Origin: Gammaproteobacteria bacterium
Lineage (GTDB): Bacteria; Pseudomonadota; Gammaproteobacteria; Steroidobacterales; SZUA-146
DNA length: 64,000 nt
Reading direction: 5' to 3'
Assembly (NCBI GenBank): GCA_045107075.1
Contig: JBGCFV010000001.1
Span: forward strand, 47,245 to 111,244
Part shown: positions 30,029 to 40,434 of the stretch, in pieces
How the letters are laid out: the number at the start of each line of letters is the position of its first letter
Position numbering within the stretch: the stretch's first letter is position 1
Position numbers and translations under genes: made by a program
Notes under the pieces: model-generated
The model's database searches: none
What the model was told of the DNA's origin: nothing
The model's input: only the letters and a program-made list of their open reading frames with translations

Positions 30029-32419
30029 TTACAAGCTGTTCAAGAAATCCAGCAGGGTGGACTGTTGTTCTGCTGACAATGCTTCGTAGGCAAGTCTTGA
30101 CGCATCCGCTTCACCGCCATGCCAACGAATGGCCTCATCAATGGTGCGGGCGCGGCCATCATGCAAAAAGCCAATGCGATTAACGTCGTCGGGGCTACCG
30201 GCCAACGAGACCAGGTCGTTTGCTTTGGCATCTCCGAGCATCACGCTACGCGAATGACCCAGACCCCAAAGTGGCGTCGTGCGCCACTCAGAGCCGGTGG
30301 CTGTGCCGTCGTCAAGATTATCGGCGAGTCCCGGACCCATGTCGTGCAACAACATATCGCTGTAAGGGTAAATAGTTTGGCTGCGCAATTCCGCCATGGG
30401 GGAAAAGCTGCTTGTTGTCATCGATTTTCTATGACAGCCGCCACAACCTGCATTGGCAAATAGCTCTTCGCCAGCGCTGTCGTCGTAGTTGCGCCGTGCA
30501 CCGACGCCAAGCAGGCTTAAGTAGGTAACCAGATCGTCAAGCTGATTATCGGCCAGCTCGGACCCGGACGTGCCACAGCTGGTTTGATTGCTACCGCAGT
30601 CCGGATTGGGAAGTACGCTTGTCATCACACCCATGTCGGTGTTGAACGCTTCTGCTGCCTGATGTTTGACGCTCATTGTTGAAGCCTTGTAACCAAAGCG
30701 ACCAAGTCGAACGTCGTTGGTTTCAGGGTCTGTGACAACAGACGGACGCCCGGAAATGCCGTCACCGTCTGAGTCGCCTGCGTCAGCCCATTCAAGAATT
30801 ACTGACTCTGGAACGGCTTCAAGCAAGCCAAGACCAACCAGCTGCGGAGCTATTCGCGCTGAGAAGCGTTCGGGCGCGCCGTTGCTGAATACGTAATTTG
30901 GAGAGCGCAGTCCATTTGGCAAATCGGTCCACTGACCCAGGCTTACCGTTCCTTCCGATGTGCCAGCGCCGATTTTGTTAGGCTGTAATACACGGCCTAT
31001 CTGCGCATCCGGGTCACCGTTTGCGTCACCCACTTTGAACACCCATTTGTCGAGGTCGGCACCGACATCCGCCACCAAAGCGCGTCCATTACGAACGTGG
31101 CACAGAGCGCAAGACAAGTTAACGTAGTGATTTCCGGCTTTGCCTAGCTGCTCTGTCCACACCGGGTTGTCTGCGCGTTCATCGTGAATGCCGTCGTTAA
31201 AGTTTGTGTGATGTACGCGACGTCCCCGAACAAAAGGCTGTGCATTGCCTGGACTCAGGTTGGTAGCCATTTGCATAAAACGACCAGCTGGCTCTTCGCT
31301 GTAGTTATAGCCAAGTGTGGTGTCGCCACCAGATAATCCTTCCGGGGGAATGGGCGTGCCGTCGTTAACGCCAAGCGGCCTATTAACTCCACGTTGCCAT
31401 TCAAAGGGTCTTAAGCCGGGCGTACCTATTGTGTAGACGTAAGAAGTGCCGTAGTAGTTCTTGCGTAAGCCAGCCGGTGGGGCAAGTAGGAATTGACTAA
31501 TTTCGAATTCCATATTTGTGCCGACGGTAAGCGGACCATTGAACGTAGCCACGTTTTTCCATTGTTCCGTAATGTCGATTCTGTAGGCGAACTGTTGCCC
31601 CTGACTGCTGGTTTGAACGAAATCATCGCTAAACGTTCCCTGGGCGACTTGAACCGCGGTCGGGTTGTAGTGAAACTGCCCTGTTGTGGTGAGACCGTGG
31701 TACCAGACGCGAAATTCTTTTGCCCCCAGACGACTCTCCGTAATATAAGTCGCCCGTATCAGGCTTACGCCGTTAAGCGTGTGGTCTTCAAGCAGAATTC
31801 TTGCCGTGCGGTATTCCCAGTAGTGGGCGAGCCAGTGATCGTAGTGATCTGAATTTTGAATGTTGTTTGGGTCGTATATGCCGATGTCTTTGGCATGGCG
31901 ATCACGCCCACGGTCACCAAAGCGAGTGACGACCACACCGTCCTCTCTGATAAACGAGGAAATGGGCGCGAGCTGTGATGTGTCGTCAAAGAGCGGTTTG
32001 AAGGGGATGGCAGCAGGTCCTGGCGGCTGCAAAAAAAAGTCCGGAATCATGGCATAGTCCAGAAAATTGGCAGCTCCGTCGCCGTTAAAGTCGGCGTCGC
32101 CATTGGTTGTGGTGTTGAAGCTGGCTGCCCATATCGACACGTCAACGAAGTTTATGATGCCGTTGTTATCCAAATCGGGATCGCACGCGTTTCCAAATCC
32201 GTCCTGATTTGTGTCGCGCTGATTCGCGTTTGATACCAGCGTGCAGTTATCAGTCAAATCGCCAATCCCGTCACCATCTGTATCGAGCGCTCCTGCGCCT
32301 GTCATAAGAATAGAGGTGACAAACGTCGCTCCGTAGGACGGCATCATGATGGAGGCCGTCAACGCCGTAATAACAGCGACACCAAGTGAGCAGCGCAGGG
32401 TGCGATTAGATAGCCTCAT
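30029..32419 (-). CDS. Secreted di-heme oxidoreductase (DHOR-family) with N-terminal TSP3/dockerin-like module
   Basis: Two heme motifs, CALCH and CGGCH; GLGLLEAVP, GRFGYKA, SDMLLHDMG, WRTTPLWGLG, LHDGRART. Confidence 0.88.
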   Translation of the reverse strand: MRLSNRTLRCSLGVAVITALTASIMMPSYGATFVTSILMTGAGALDTDGDGIGDLTDNCTLVSNANQRDTNQDGFGNACDPDLDNNGIINFVDVSIWAASFNTTTNGDADFNGDGAANFLDYAMIPDFFLQPPGPAAIPFKPLFDDTSQLAPISSFIREDGVVVTRFGDRGRDRHAKDIGIYDPNNIQNSDHYDHWLAHYWEYRTARILLEDHTLNGVSLIRATYITESRLGAKEFRVWYHGLTTTGQFHYNPTAVQVAQGTFSDDFVQTSSQGQQFAYRIDITEQWKNVATFNGPLTVGTNMEFEISQFLLAPPAGLRKNYYGTSYVYTIGTPGLRPFEWQRGVNRPLGVNDGTPIPPEGLSGGDTTLGYNYSEEPAGRFMQMATNLSPGNAQPFVRGRRVHHTNFNDGIHDERADNPVWTEQLGKAGNHYVNLSCALCHVRNGRALVADVGADLDKWVFKVGDANGDPDAQIGRVLQPNKIGAGTSEGTVSLGQWTDLPNGLRSPNYVFSNGAPERFSARIAPQLVGLGLLEAVPESVILEWADAGDSDGDGISGRPSVVTDPETNDVRLGRFGYKASTMSVKHQAAEAFNTDMGVMTSVLPNPDCGSNQTSCGTSGSELADNQLDDLVTYLSLLGVGARRNYDDSAGEELFANAGCGGCHRKSMTTSSFSPMAELRSQTIYPYSDMLLHDMGPGLADNLDDGTATGSEWRTTPLWGLGHSRSVMLGDAKANDLVSLAGSPDDVNRIGFLHDGRARTIDEAIRWHGGEADASRLAYEALSAEQQSTLLDFLNSL

Positions 32420-32479
32420 TAGAGTATTCCTCGATAGATTTAGCCAGGCAGCCGTATGGGATAGCTGCGTTCAAGATTA

Positions 32480-32508
32480 AATCTAAGTGCTGCTGACAAC
32501 GTTGTCAA
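32480..32508 (-). promoter_or_regulatory. Sigma70 promoter overlapped by a LacI-type operator
   Basis: Minus strand reads TTGACA, 17 bp, TAGATT; the perfect palindrome TGACAACGTTGTCA (32494-32507) covers the -35. Confidence 0.75.
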
Positions 32509-32913
32509 TCATTTAGGGTCTCGACTCTCTATGCGATAGGGCCGGGACCGTGAAGTTGTGACTCGTGCCGTTAGTTAGAGTCAGGTACTGCCAAATGGGT
32601 TGTCACCAGATTACTAAAGTAGTGCCGTTGGTGGTCGCTATATTTCGATAGCCGGTGAAAAAATAGTTGAATAAACACGTATCAGATTGCGTTGATCCGA
32701 ACAGTCGACTGCGTCACAAACTAGTCAGTAAATTATTAAGCAAATCAGCTCCAAAAGAATCAATCCTCATGCGTAGTCAACGTTAAGAAAAGTGATTTTC
32801 AGTGCTTATGTAACGGTCTCTGTGACGCCATAATTTACACGTAAAGTCAGAAAGTGAGGACACCGAAAAAGTGCTCTGCGGATTCACGCCGTCACTACTG
32901 GCGAACTAAAGTC

Positions 32914-32929
32914 TGGCACGTGTTTTGCA
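32914..32929 (+). promoter_or_regulatory. Sigma54 -24/-12 promoter
   Basis: TGGCACGTGTTTTGCA (GG-N10-GC) about 80 bp upstream of a PEP-CTERM gene, the usual arrangement for such genes. Confidence 0.8.
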
Positions 32930-33006
32930 TTTACACAGATAAGAAACTTTCTAATCTTCTGAAAGTTACAGGACGAAAATATATGTCACATGGAGGCTTA
33001 AATTTA

Positions 33007-33624
33007 ATGCACAAGAACATTGTAAAAATGTTTGCCATCGCTGTTGCCGGGTTAGTTGCGTCGGATGCATTGGCGGCATACATAACGTACGAAACTCGCC
33101 ATACGAACAACGGTGTGAACACGTCGGATTATCTAGCGTCATGGAATCAGCAGACAAGCACGGTTAACACGTCAAGTCTGCCCAACTTCAATTCAAGGCG
33201 CGTGGGCTCTCGAAATTCACATTCGCACTTACAGGTTGAGTTCACTACGAATCTGATTCAAGACTTGGTGTTTGAATTTGCACCCGATGCCGGATTGGGC
33301 GGGGCGATTTACGTAAACAACGATTTGGTTCAACGTCGAGCTGCAGATTTGTGGTGGGGCTACAACTGGAATCGCACGAATGAAATCCTGTCAAGCAACG
33401 GGACAGACTTTTCGATGGGAACCAACGTAATTGACTTGTATTGGGCTGAGCGATGCTGTGACGGTCGTCAGAGCGGTCGTTTCAGTTTAAACGGGGGGCA
33501 GGACTGGATGAGCCTCTCCGTAGCTAATCTGGCAAGCATGCCCGTGCCGGAGCCTGGCATATTAGTCCTGATTGCGGGTGGTATGGTCGGTCTTGGTTTG
33601 GCGCGGCGTAGAAAAAACGCCTGA
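33007..33624 (+). CDS. PEP-CTERM protein (CCxG-motif type)
   Basis: Signal peptide; YWAERCCDG; C-terminal VPEP + TM + RRRK; GGAGG RBS before MHKNIV. Confidence 0.88.
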   Translation: MHKNIVKMFAIAVAGLVASDALAAYITYETRHTNNGVNTSDYLASWNQQTSTVNTSSLPNFNSRRVGSRNSHSHLQVEFTTNLIQDLVFEFAPDAGLGGAIYVNNDLVQRRAADLWWGYNWNRTNEILSSNGTDFSMGTNVIDLYWAERCCDGRQSGRFSLNGGQDWMSLSVANLASMPVPEPGILVLIAGGMVGLGLARRRKNA

Positions 33625-33649
33625 TAAAAGCGTGAAGTTGACGATTGAG

Positions 33650-33674
33650 AAACGGGGCGTTATCGCCCCGTTTT
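33650..33674. terminator. Rho-independent terminator
   Basis: AAACGGGGCG-TTAT-CGCCCCGTTTT. Confidence 0.8.
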
Positions 33675-33753
33675 GCGTTTCCCCCAGTTCGATTCGAACG
33701 GATTGTCGACGCTGACAGCCCGAATAGCTGGGTGTCTCAAGTGGGGCGCTTGC

Positions 33754-35061
33754 TTAAAGAATGCCTGCACGTTTAATCGCCATATACTGATCCGTGAGTA
33801 CACCCGGCAGTGAGTCGCAGTCTGTGTCGTGCATGTAAACGCCGCGTCGACTTACGGTTGTCTGAGCTGAGCGTCTTCGTGCAACGTAGTCGTGAGTAGC
33901 GGCAAAGTGCAGCGCGTCGTCGAACGTTGTTACGGGGGCTTCCAGTCGATCAGCAATGGCGTTCTCGGTGAGGCTTGCGACAACCAGAAGATGTTTCTGC
34001 CGCAATAGTCCAATCGCTTTATGAAGGTCCTGGCTGTCTTCGTCGCGAACGTTCGTGACCAAAATAACCAGAGCTCGGCGACGCTGCCGTTTGGCTAATT
34101 CAGTGGCGGCTTGCCAGTAATCAGTTGCCTCGGGCCGGGGCTGCATATCGAATAGTTGCCGACTAAGTGTGTTGATGGTTGAACGCCCCTTTGTTGCAGG
34201 CAACCAGCGCGGGTCCGGTTCACAAGTCATATAGCCGACCGCATCGCCCTGCCGGAGAGCTATGTAGCCCAGAAGCATGACCGTATTAAGCACGTGGTCA
34301 AAATGGCTAAGATCACCGTCCCGTGCCAGCATGCGACGACCGCTGTCGAGCAGAAAAATGACCTGCTGATCTCGTTCTTCCTGAAACTCTTTGCTGATTA
34401 GTTTGTGTGAGCGAGTAGAGGCTTTCCAGTCGATTTGCCTGAATGTATCGCCGACGCGGTATTCACGCAGTTGGTGAAAATCGAGGCCTTCGCCACGGCG
34501 TTGGCGCACGTGGCTGGCAGCCATAGCTTGCAGTGAATCGGCTCCGCGCAGTGCGTACTTGCTAATCGCCGTGAAGTTAGGAAACACGCGGGTAGTCTGC
34601 GCTTCACCAAGGTTGTGACGAATTGTCCAGAAGCCCCACGGTGAGTAGCGCCTCACTTGTACCAGATCGAATTCATGCTGCCCGCGCTCGGTGGGTTGCA
34701 CCCGGTAGCGAAGGGATTTCGTGACTTCGGGTTCAAGGCGCAGTTCTGTGAGCCGGGCATCTGATTTGTAGCTGGACGGGTGATGGTCAATCACGTCAAT
34801 TCTTTCGTGGTTTCGGCCACTATTTGTGAGGTCAATTGAAACATCGTGCCAGGCCCCAAGCGACAGTGTGTCACTAGTAGTTCGCTCAGCTTTAATGACG
34901 CGAGATTGTAGCAATGCGGCCATGGCGTCAAAGCAAAATATCAGTAGCACAAAAGCTGAGCACGCGGTCCAGATTCCAAGCGTTTCTTGAAACCACAAGG
35001 TAACGAAGCCGAACAGAAAAACGGCCATAACGGTAAGCATAAGCCGTCGCGTCGGATTCAC
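33754..35061 (-). CDS. DUF58 domain protein (MoxR partner, vWA-like)
   Basis: [32 protein letters not shown]. Confidence 0.9.
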   Translation of the reverse strand: MNPTRRLMLTVMAVFLFGFVTLWFQETLGIWTACSAFVLLIFCFDAMAALLQSRVIKAERTTSDTLSLGAWHDVSIDLTNSGRNHERIDVIDHHPSSYKSDARLTELRLEPEVTKSLRYRVQPTERGQHEFDLVQVRRYSPWGFWTIRHNLGEAQTTRVFPNFTAISKYALRGADSLQAMAASHVRQRRGEGLDFHQLREYRVGDTFRQIDWKASTRSHKLISKEFQEERDQQVIFLLDSGRRMLARDGDLSHFDHVLNTVMLLGYIALRQGDAVGYMTCEPDPRWLPATKGRSTINTLSRQLFDMQPRPEATDYWQAATELAKRQRRRALVILVTNVRDEDSQDLHKAIGLLRQKHLLVVASLTENAIADRLEAPVTTFDDALHFAATHDYVARRRSAQTTVSRRGVYMHDTDCDSLPGVLTDQYMAIKRAGIL

Positions 35062-36029
35062 GTGCGCGGAGCTTCTACCGTAGACAACAGTTCGAGCAGC
35101 ATGCTGTCAGTGTTAACGCCCTCAATTTCCATTTCGGGAGCAAGAATTACGCGATGACGCAGTGCTGGCAACGTGACACGTTTGATGTCGTCAGGTGTGA
35201 CGAAGTCGCGCTGGTCAATATACGCGTAAGCGCGCGCCGCACGCAGTAAAGAAATGCTTCCGCGTGGGCCGCAGCCGACGCTGAATCCTTGCCAGGTGCG
35301 AGTGGCTTGAGCGATTTGAACCGCGTAACTATGCACCTGTGCGTCAATACGCACTTCAGCCGCTTTTTGTTGCACAGCGACCAGTTCTTCAGCTGTGATG
35401 ACGGGCTTTACACGTTCAAGGTCGAAGTCGTTGCCGACTGAGTTATCGAGCACGCTCTGGGTTAGCCTGGTTTCCTCTTCGAGTGACGGATAGTTAATCA
35501 ATACTTTGCACAGGAAACGGTCAAGTTGGGCCTCAGGCAGGGGATACGTGCCTTCGCTTTCAATCGGGTTTTGCGTCGCTATGACGATAAAAGGTGGTGG
35601 AAGTACAAAAGATTTGCCTTCAATCGTAACCTGTCGCTCCTGCATGGCCTCTAACAGCGACGCCTGAGTCTTGGCCGGCGCGCGATTTATTTCGTCTCCG
35701 AGAAGCAGGTTGGTAAAAATGGGGCCTTTACGAATTTTAAATGTACCGCTTTGGCTGTCGTACATGGCGTGGCCTGTGACGTCGCTGGGCATCAGGTCTG
35801 GCGTAAACTGAATGCGCCCAAATTTCATGTGCAGTGCTTTAGAAAGAGCGCGCGCTAGCAGGGTTTTACCAAGACCGGGTACGCCCTCGAGGAGCACGTG
35901 GCCGCCTGCTACAATGGTTATCAGGACCTCTTCAAGCACTTGATCCTGGCCTATCATGGCGTTTTTTACGGCCGCAATAACCTGTTCAATTTTACTGGTT
36001 GGTGATGACGGTTCTACAGTATTGTCCAT
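35058..36029 (-). CDS. MoxR-family AAA+ ATPase
   Basis: [47 protein letters not shown]. Confidence 0.95.
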   Translation of the reverse strand: MDNTVEPSSPTSKIEQVIAAVKNAMIGQDQVLEEVLITIVAGGHVLLEGVPGLGKTLLARALSKALHMKFGRIQFTPDLMPSDVTGHAMYDSQSGTFKIRKGPIFTNLLLGDEINRAPAKTQASLLEAMQERQVTIEGKSFVLPPPFIVIATQNPIESEGTYPLPEAQLDRFLCKVLINYPSLEEETRLTQSVLDNSVGNDFDLERVKPVITAEELVAVQQKAAEVRIDAQVHSYAVQIAQATRTWQGFSVGCGPRGSISLLRAARAYAYIDQRDFVTPDDIKRVTLPALRHRVILAPEMEIEGVNTDSMLLELLSTVEAPRT

Positions 36030-37255
36030 AGTTTCTGTATCGCTTTTATTTGTTCAAGAAATTGTGGTTTCGAATACGTTTCGGGTTTGCTCATGGCAAA
36101 CGTCCATAGCGCGTAATCTTGTTCGAGCAATTTTTTCATGTGCATGTCGGCCTGATTACCCTTTAACGCATGTAGTCTCGGGTGGCGTTGCCGTGCGTGG
36201 CCGCGTAAGGCTTCCTGAGCGCCGTTCAGGAGCTTATCGCGCTTCTTGTGACTCCATAAAAACCGACCGCTGGCAACGAGGTGTTCGTTAAACTCACGAC
36301 GCTCGAGACCCGGATTGGGTAGTATGCGTCCTATTCGCTGACCGGACCACCAGAAAAACAGAATGATGGCGAGCCCGAGCCATAAAATAAGATGAGCGGC
36401 GTTACGCCAAATGAGTTCGAGCAAACCGGATCGGCTGATGGTCTGCACGTACCAGACTGTTCCGGGGGGTCTGACGTATGACAGCATGGCCAACGACATC
36501 AGTGCGTTGTCGTGCTCGTGAAAGTTGTCGTTGTTCCAGTGTGCGTAATCGCTTAGCAAGGACACGGTGCCCAGGCCATACTGAAAGCCCAGAGCGTAAG
36601 TACGCTTGTCAACAGGTTCGTCTTCGTCGTCAGGCACTTGGTGGTTTTTACGTTCTAGTCCTATCGTCCACAGTGTTTCCCGATTGCTGTACAGGTCATC
36701 ATATACTTTGTAATGAAGTGAGAATTCGCCCAGTGGAGCTGAGTTGATTGTCGCGTCGTACAGGAAGCGATCAGGTATTTCCATGGACTCTTCATTGCCG
36801 TCGCTTTCGGGTACGGGCTCCCCGCCAAACACCGTTTCGCCGCTGTCTTCCTCGTCTTCCTCGTCCTCGTCGAGATCGGTATGAATATTAAAATATTCGA
36901 GCAACGAACCTTCGGTAGCGTAGGGCAAAGGCAGTACCAAATGCCCGCCTGCTGCGACCCAGTCAGCGATGACCACGGTTTCAGTCTCGGTCATGTAAAT
37001 TGCATCGAATTCCACAATTAACGTATCAGAGTACTCCGGCATTTGTAGGCGCGTGTTTAAAGTAGGTAGCCGTTGAACCTTGATGTCATAACGCTCCAGA
37101 AATTTGCTCAATCCGTAAACAGGATTGGCTCGGACCACAGCCGACATTTGACCTCGTTCGTTTACGTCTACACGTTCGTATAACATGAGAAACCACGTTA
37201 CGCAGCCGCCTATAAAGACGGCGGCAAGTATTAGAACAAGGAGCTTGTCACGCAC
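36014..37255 (-). CDS. DUF4350-like membrane-anchored protein
   Basis: N-terminal TM helix, [10 protein letters not shown]-terminal TM + [16 protein letters not shown]; position in the RDD-SpoIIM-DUF4129-DUF4350-MoxR-DUF58 operon. Confidence 0.75.
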   Translation of the reverse strand: MRDKLLVLILAAVFIGGCVTWFLMLYERVDVNERGQMSAVVRANPVYGLSKFLERYDIKVQRLPTLNTRLQMPEYSDTLIVEFDAIYMTETETVVIADWVAAGGHLVLPLPYATEGSLLEYFNIHTDLDEDEEDEEDSGETVFGGEPVPESDGNEESMEIPDRFLYDATINSAPLGEFSLHYKVYDDLYSNRETLWTIGLERKNHQVPDDEDEPVDKRTYALGFQYGLGTVSLLSDYAHWNNDNFHEHDNALMSLAMLSYVRPPGTVWYVQTISRSGLLELIWRNAAHLILWLGLAIILFFWWSGQRIGRILPNPGLERREFNEHLVASGRFLWSHKKRDKLLNGAQEALRGHARQRHPRLHALKGNQADMHMKKLLEQDYALWTFAMSKPETYSKPQFLEQIKAIQKLWTIL

Positions 37256-38801
37256 TGGTCGCTGTCCCAACCGATGCTCTCGACGGAATATCAGCAAGCT
37301 GTGTCCAGCGCGCGCACAAGTCGCTTACCATTGAGTCTTCGGGTTTACGTTTACCGTAAGCCAGTAGTCTCCATTGGCGGGTGATATCGGAAAAGTACAA
37401 GCTCACCTGTTCACTCGCGTTGGCGCGAACAAGTTGCAGGCAGTCTTCTTCCGTAGCGTGATCACCAATGAGTAACTCGTGACGTGTCACAAGAAAAGAC
37501 AGTGCGCTGCGATACAGGTAGCTTAGGCTCTCACGCGCTTTGCCTTCTTCCCACAGTTTTCTGACTACCTCTGGAACATCGGCGTCAGGCACAAAAAGTT
37601 GCTCTTCTTCAGCTTCAATTACGTCATTTGAAGTGTCGACTTTTTTCGCAGGGCTCTTCAGTTGGAGAAGGCGTTTGCGCTCTTTAATGAACCAGACGAC
37701 GATAGCAATGACAACAACAGCAATGAGCAGGTATTTGAGCAATTTGGCAAACAGGGCAATGATGGGTCCAATCGATCTAAGCATGTCCGAGTCAGCCTGT
37801 GTGGTGTCTTCGTCCGTCTCTTTCAGTCGCCAGACTCGGTCGTTAATTTGCTCGCCAAACTCATCACCTGCGTATATTTCCTTAACCGTTTGCCTCGCTT
37901 GTTCGGTCGAAGGTAGTTCGTAAGAGCTGTCTGGTGCTGCCGGAGTCTCTTGCGCCTGAATCTCAGTAGGAGAAATCACGCTTAAAGCGACACACAGAAT
38001 CGCGGCTGTTATCGTGGCTAATGTTGTTGTGCCTCGACTCAAGCGTTCTGACAAACGACGGAACGACAGCTCGATGTCCCAGGCTTCAAGGTGTGTGCGG
38101 CGGTTGAGATACAGTGCAAATCCGGCGCCCACGAAGAACAATTCGAATAACCCCGTAACGAGGTAGTACATCAGCATGTGCAGCCAAAGCAGCGGCCCGG
38201 TAAAAAGCTCTTCTGTTTCCAAGAACCGGTCAAAAATATTGGCGTCTTGCAGAATGATAGGCTCCGGATGGAGCCAGTGTGTCAACTGGGCGAGAATGAC
38301 AGTGAGCAATGTCGAGCTCAGAAAAAAGAATACGACCGTTAGCCAGGCTGACGCGCCGTAGTCTCGATTTACCAGCGTGCGAATGCGTTCACCGCTATTG
38401 CCTGAGGCGCCTTCAAGTTGATAGACCGGCAAGGTAAACGTACGCGCAAGACTAAAGCGTAAATAGGTTAATTGCCTCCATGCCGCCGCCGAAAAAGGAA
38501 GTCGGAACCACAGATCGAATGGTCCCGGGTCCTGCACTCCCGGGCTAAACAGGCGCTGACTCAGGTAGTCAAGAATGACGCGATCAAAGGCCGGTTTCAT
38601 CCACCAAAACAGCAGGACGCCTAAGCCAACGCTGCCAAACAGATGCCCAGCAGATAAGAACATTACGTACCAGGGCAAAGTGGCGACTATCCAGCGTCTT
38701 GCTAATGCCACGAAGTCGCGTTGGATCATACGCACTCCGAGGTCGATAGCCTCCCAGCCACGTCGGGGTCGAATAACGGCTGTCGAGTGCGAGAGCTTCA
38801 T
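37248..38801 (-). CDS. DUF4129 domain membrane protein
   Basis: RPRRGWEAIDLG, LYLNRRTHLEAWDIEL, ATEEDCL and W…AYG motifs. Confidence 0.8.
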   Translation of the reverse strand: MKLSHSTAVIRPRRGWEAIDLGVRMIQRDFVALARRWIVATLPWYVMFLSAGHLFGSVGLGVLLFWWMKPAFDRVILDYLSQRLFSPGVQDPGPFDLWFRLPFSAAAWRQLTYLRFSLARTFTLPVYQLEGASGNSGERIRTLVNRDYGASAWLTVVFFFLSSTLLTVILAQLTHWLHPEPIILQDANIFDRFLETEELFTGPLLWLHMLMYYLVTGLFELFFVGAGFALYLNRRTHLEAWDIELSFRRLSERLSRGTTTLATITAAILCVALSVISPTEIQAQETPAAPDSSYELPSTEQARQTVKEIYAGDEFGEQINDRVWRLKETDEDTTQADSDMLRSIGPIIALFAKLLKYLLIAVVVIAIVVWFIKERKRLLQLKSPAKKVDTSNDVIEAEEEQLFVPDADVPEVVRKLWEEGKARESLSYLYRSALSFLVTRHELLIGDHATEEDCLQLVRANASEQVSLYFSDITRQWRLLAYGKRKPEDSMVSDLCARWTQLADIPSRASVGTATSA

Positions 38802-39751
38802 GTGTTGTCGTCACCACCACGGCCAACCAGCGTTAAATAGCCGATGACGAAAACCCACAACAAAGTTCCAACAATAAATTTAACGTTGTTTGGGATGGTT
38901 GCGCTGGGTGACCAAAATGCTTCAATGGCGGCTGCGATCACGAGCATGGCGACAAAACCATAAATCATGGGTGCGATATCCAGCGCGGCTTGTTTGATGG
39001 ACTGGCCCCGGGTCAACCGGCCCGGTAGTAACAAAGCGAAGCCGATTTTCATACCGGTGGCGCCGGCCAGCACGATGGCTGTCAGTTCGAAGCTGCCGTG
39101 ACCGATAACAAATGACCAGAACGTTTCGCCGTAGCCCGACGTCGCAATGAGTCCGCTCACCGCGCCGATGTATACGCCGTTGAACAGTATAATGAAGATT
39201 GCGCCCACGCCCAGCAGCAGTCCTGACGCAAATGTTCTGAGCGCAATGCTTACGTTGTTCCAAATGTAGTGGCCGAACATTCTTACATCGTCAACCGCGG
39301 TTCGACCGTTTTCCTGATGGTTTTCACTGTACATCGAGGTATACGTGCCGGCGGTTTCCGGATCAATTATCGAATAAACAAACGCTGGGTCGTTAATAAC
39401 GGCCAGAGTGATTACGATGAGTGGGCCAAAGAACAGCAAAGACGAAACCAGAACGTACCATTTATGCTGGCGCACGCAGCGTGGAAAGTCACGGACAAAT
39501 ACTTTGCTGAGGTCGGTAGCACGATCATTGTTACCGGCGTACAGGTACTGGTGGCCTTTCAAGGCAATTTGATTGAGTCGTTCCTGAAGCCCCGGACTGT
39601 AGTTGCGAAGTTTGGCTAAGGACAGATGATGGCAAATTGTTCGGTAACTCGCCGGTAGGTCTTCGAGACTGTCACTGTCACCAATGAGTAAGGCCTTCTC
39701 AAAGGTTTCCCAAAGCGGCTCATAGCGCCGGATAAATTCGTTTTGCTTCAC
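38798..39751 (-). CDS. SpoIIM/DUF95-family membrane protein
   Basis: YIWNN, HGSFELTAIVLAG and AAAIEAFWS motifs; start at GTG (KQNEF). Confidence 0.88.
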   Translation of the reverse strand: MKQNEFIRRYEPLWETFEKALLIGDSDSLEDLPASYRTICHHLSLAKLRNYSPGLQERLNQIALKGHQYLYAGNNDRATDLSKVFVRDFPRCVRQHKWYVLVSSLLFFGPLIVITLAVINDPAFVYSIIDPETAGTYTSMYSENHQENGRTAVDDVRMFGHYIWNNVSIALRTFASGLLLGVGAIFIILFNGVYIGAVSGLIATSGYGETFWSFVIGHGSFELTAIVLAGATGMKIGFALLLPGRLTRGQSIKQAALDIAPMIYGFVAMLVIAAAIEAFWSPSATIPNNVKFIVGTLLWVFVIGYLTLVGRGGDDNT

Positions 39752-40434
39752 GTTTGTTCTCCGCTGAGCCACGCAGCGTGGGAGCGTAAACGATCGCGAA
39801 TAGCCTCCGGAGAACCGTCGATATGTTCTTTAAGTTGAGATGCCAATTCAACCGCTCTTTCAGCCGTAAGAGAGTCAAGGCGTTCAGCGTATAGCATCAC
39901 GGCGTGGTGATCGCTGGCTTTGAGTGCTATTGGCAGTTGCATCGCCGGGTTGAAGTCGGGCGTACTGACTGCTCCGGCTGTTTCGTCGTAAGCCACCACG
40001 GTGTCGGCAACCAGGTCGCCCAAACGAGAAAACGACTTGGTAAACAAGGTCGACAATATTCCGATGAGATAGGCGAACGGCAGAAAATCGACTACTCGAA
40101 TCAGGTTCCGTAACAACGACGCTGTGAATTTCACAGGGGCGCCGTTGCTGCGCATTACCCTAATGCCCATGACCTTTTTACCCGGCGTCTGACCGTAGTA
40201 GAAAACTTCAAACAGTACGTTGTAAAGCCAGAACAGAACAAACATAACAATTAACAAAAGACCGTCGCCCAGCACGCTGAGTACGTTCACGAAGATAAGA
40301 TCAGCCGCGATGTAGAGCACGACTTTAATAAGGGTGTCCAGTAGCCAAGCCAAACCGCGCGGCAACAAGCCTGCCGGAGTGAGGGCAAGTTCTATACCTT
40401 CGGGAGTTTGCAAATGAATTCGGGTATCTAGCAT
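39748..40434 (-). CDS. RDD-family membrane protein
   Basis: TPEGIEL, R..AWLLD, GQTPGK, RLGDLVADT. Confidence 0.9.
   Translation of the reverse strand: MLDTRIHLQTPEGIELALTPAGLLPRGLAWLLDTLIKVVLYIAADLIFVNVLSVLGDGLLLIVMFVLFWLYNVLFEVFYYGQTPGKKVMGIRVMRSNGAPVKFTASLLRNLIRVVDFLPFAYLIGILSTLFTKSFSRLGDLVADTVVAYDETAGAVSTPDFNPAMQLPIALKASDHHAVMLYAERLDSLTAERAVELASQLKEHIDGSPEAIRDRLRSHAAWLSGEQT

Noticed and set aside
14701-33700. Prophage, ICE or integron
   Set aside because: No integrase, transposase, phage structural gene, attR duplication or attC-like repeats could be seen by eye.
33754-40434. MoxR/DUF58/DUF4350/DUF4129/SpoIIM/RDD operon as a novel system
   Set aside because: A widespread, already-recognised gene cluster; function poorly known, but nothing unusual is seen here.
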